Both the position numbers and the translations under genes were made by a program. From Toensbergia leucococca (lineage: Eukaryota): DNA of 64,000 nucleotides. Below are positions 61,628 through 64,000 of the stretch, in pieces (position 1 is the stretch's first letter; the number at the start of each line of letters is the position of its first letter). The DNA is taken from positions 1-64,000 of the forward strand of contig JALDZS010000113.1 of assembly GCA_022813965.1 (NCBI GenBank), given 5' to 3'. The notes below the pieces were generated by a model. It was not told the origin of the DNA. It made no database searches and was given only the letters and a program-made list of their open reading frames with translations.

Positions 61628-64000
61628 GACGAACCAGTTCGCTCCTAATGCTTGTTGCTTGCAGTCTCTGATATTAAAAGAGCAGGGCAAGGAAAGCGAG
61701 ATCTGAAACAAGTAATGAGAGACTTCCTGGTTAGGGCAGCGATTAGCATTCCCCCATGAGATCTAAAATCGAAAGAGCAGAGGAATTTGAAAAGGAAGAC
61801 GAGGAGAAGTGGGGTGGTTTGCTTCAAGATCATTTGTTAGCTATGTTTGTGCATAGTACCTAGCTGATGAACAACAGATAGCTATGTCATCGAGGTAATA
61901 GGAGTAGAGAGTTCGGACTAATGGCATTTAATGTTTGCGTTGAATCGTCTCGCCTTCCCCGCATTTCGCCAAATCCAGCCAAATCGTCAGACCAGAAGCA
62001 CAGAAATCAATTTCCGAACTAAAACGGAATCAAATGCTCTTCACTTCTGGACACGATCGATTTGTTGTATTCAAGATATCGTTGTAGATGGTGGACATGT
62101 GCCTTCTCGATATTCTAGGATAACCTTTCCCTTTAAGAATCCGAGAATATGAATGCGATGATATCAGTGTCCTTAGTGGCCTGTTAGAATATATGTGCTG
62201 CTCTTCAATGATTTACTGTGTCTTGAATAGGTATGAGTAGGTATTCCAAATTCTCTGCCGAAGCCATCAGCACATGTTCTATCATGCATGCACTTACCCG
62301 CCCTTGGCGCTGATTCCTACCTAGACTCCTAGAGCACACAAATACATCTGTACTGCCAACATACCCGCCTGTATCCCTCTCTACCTGTTCATTGCGTGTG
62401 TCAATACTTCGTCTATCGATCACTGATAACTAGTAGTCATCGCCGACTCGTCCAAACGGCTCGTAATTGACATTTGCAGGGGAGGCTCCCTCGGAAGTGG
62501 GTAGGTATCTGTCAGCCGGCTCGTTGCATAATTTAAATTCAATGTGATATTCACAAATCCTACGTAGAATAATCCTTTGTCCTCCTGTTCATGAGCAAGA
62601 CATTCTAGGAGATGATCTAATCCTCGGACAAATAGAGCCTTGTATGCATTCGTACATTGTGGATATTACCACACCACACCATCACAAACCCTCAAACTTG
62701 ATCGCTGCCGTTCGCTCAGCTAGAATAGGCTGAAACTGCCATGGGATGCGATCCGTTCCGTCTCTCCGTTTGTGCAGGCTATATGAGTTAGAGTAGTCCC
62801 GCTTGCATCCTAATCAGACATGTACCAGCATCCGTGACCGGGGACGGGGGAAGGGGCAGCTGTCAGACTCTAGATAGATGTAGTGCGATGCACCAGAGCA
62901 GCCAGACATGGTTCTAGACTTGCATTGAAACATAGCATCCCTCTTTTCTTCGCCCCGACCAAGCTATGAGAGGACTGAGACCTTCTCATCATGCTAGATC
63001 TCTCTCTGCTTTTCCGCTGATACTATATACTCGAGACTGCTTAGACGTGAAGAAATGACCGTGCATTCGGAGCTTTGGCCTAGGCGCTTGAAGTAAAGTA
63101 CAATGAAGGTTGGTGTAGGTTTGTGTACCCTGAAGAAAAGCTGGCCCTCACATCGGCCGATGACTCTGATGCAGTGGAGTGTGCCGTTCATCTCACAAAA
63201 CACCAAGCTTTGCCCTCGCTTGCACAAATTGAAGATGGTTAGGAGGCCGCCAGCGTCTTAGTCTTGCAGTAACCCAAGCCCGGAAATCGAGTTAAGCTAC
63301 ATGGCCAGAGCCTACCTATCCCAAGCCTACGACTGAGACCGGGGCTTTGGGTAACATTATTAGCTACTCCGGTGCTCTGTAGGTGGGTACACTAACACTA
63401 CCACACACCCTGCCGCCTCCATACGCAGCAATGGCCTTCACTGCTGCCACTTCTCCAATCTCACCAGTACTCCCTACCCCCACGGCTCTCTCACCTCATG
63501 AACGAATCGGCTTCCACCAGTGCTCATCCATCAGATCGATCATCGAATCACTGACTATCTGTACATCCACCACTACGAGCTTTGTTTGCATTTCTCTTCC
63601 ACGTGCTGATCGCGTGGGGCGAGGCGAGGGGAAAAAAACTCAACTATAAGGTAATACCTTACCTCAAGGACCTTCAAGCTGCACCCGCTACCCAGGTACT
63701 TGATAATCCACAACTGCTTTCCCTTCTCCGTACCTATCATTCGTTGCACCCAACTCGCATTTGCCTTCTCACTTCTTACCTTCCATTTCCCCGCCAATTG
63801 GCTTGCAATATTTCTAGGCTTGTCATCCGGCGTTTAACACTTGCGTCGGACCTTTTACCTCTTTGGCACATGCACACCCAGTCCCCCATTTTACGCCGTA
63901 CAACGAGAAGGAGGAACACCACACAATCATCTCACCTGAGGCCTCACCGTCGTTTCTCGTCTATTTGTCCCCTTCCAGCTGTTGGCAAGCTTAGTCTTGT

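Noticed and set aside
61628..61711. In-frame TTG-initiated extension as a mitochondrial presequence for propionyl-CoA synthetase
   Set aside because: No AUG in frame, and the peptide is not amphipathic or Arg-rich.
61900..64000. Small ORFs at the end of the window
   Set aside because: All under 90 aa with no motifs; probably promoter or intergenic DNA.

Overview
Eukaryotic, intron-rich DNA from a filamentous ascomycete (Pezizomycotina; GTRAGT/CTRAC/YAG splice signals, an APSES StuA gene). A lichen-forming lineage is possible but cannot be shown from this window. About 21 protein-coding loci can be modelled. In order: ISU1, UBP14, RPL18, a YPR011C/SLC25A42-like mitochondrial carrier, an SR-like splicing factor, sterol O-acyltransferase, a TFIIIC subunit-like protein, a Vps62-domain protein, a cytochrome P450, a hotdog thioesterase, a PXA-PX sorting nexin, a small BRCT protein, StuA, a hypothetical protein, an orphan membrane protein, mitochondrial SHMT, two F-box-like-motif proteins, a GPI cell-wall protein, a secreted ferritin-like protein, another hypothetical protein and propionyl-CoA synthetase. 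There is also a decayed Zn2Cys6 transcription factor. I recognised no tRNA, rRNA or intact transposon. Main observations: (1) the first ISU1 intron has AT-AC ends with otherwise major-spliceosome (U2-type) signals; (2) StuA has a long AUG-less in-frame extension upstream; (3) the SR-like gene has a long intron with PTC-generating alternative acceptors; (4) the C6 pseudogene carries seven in-frame stops, mostly explicable by transitions; (5) strand-symmetric C-rich to G-rich switches recur next to homopolymer-rich islands. All gene models and family calls were made by eye without database searches.
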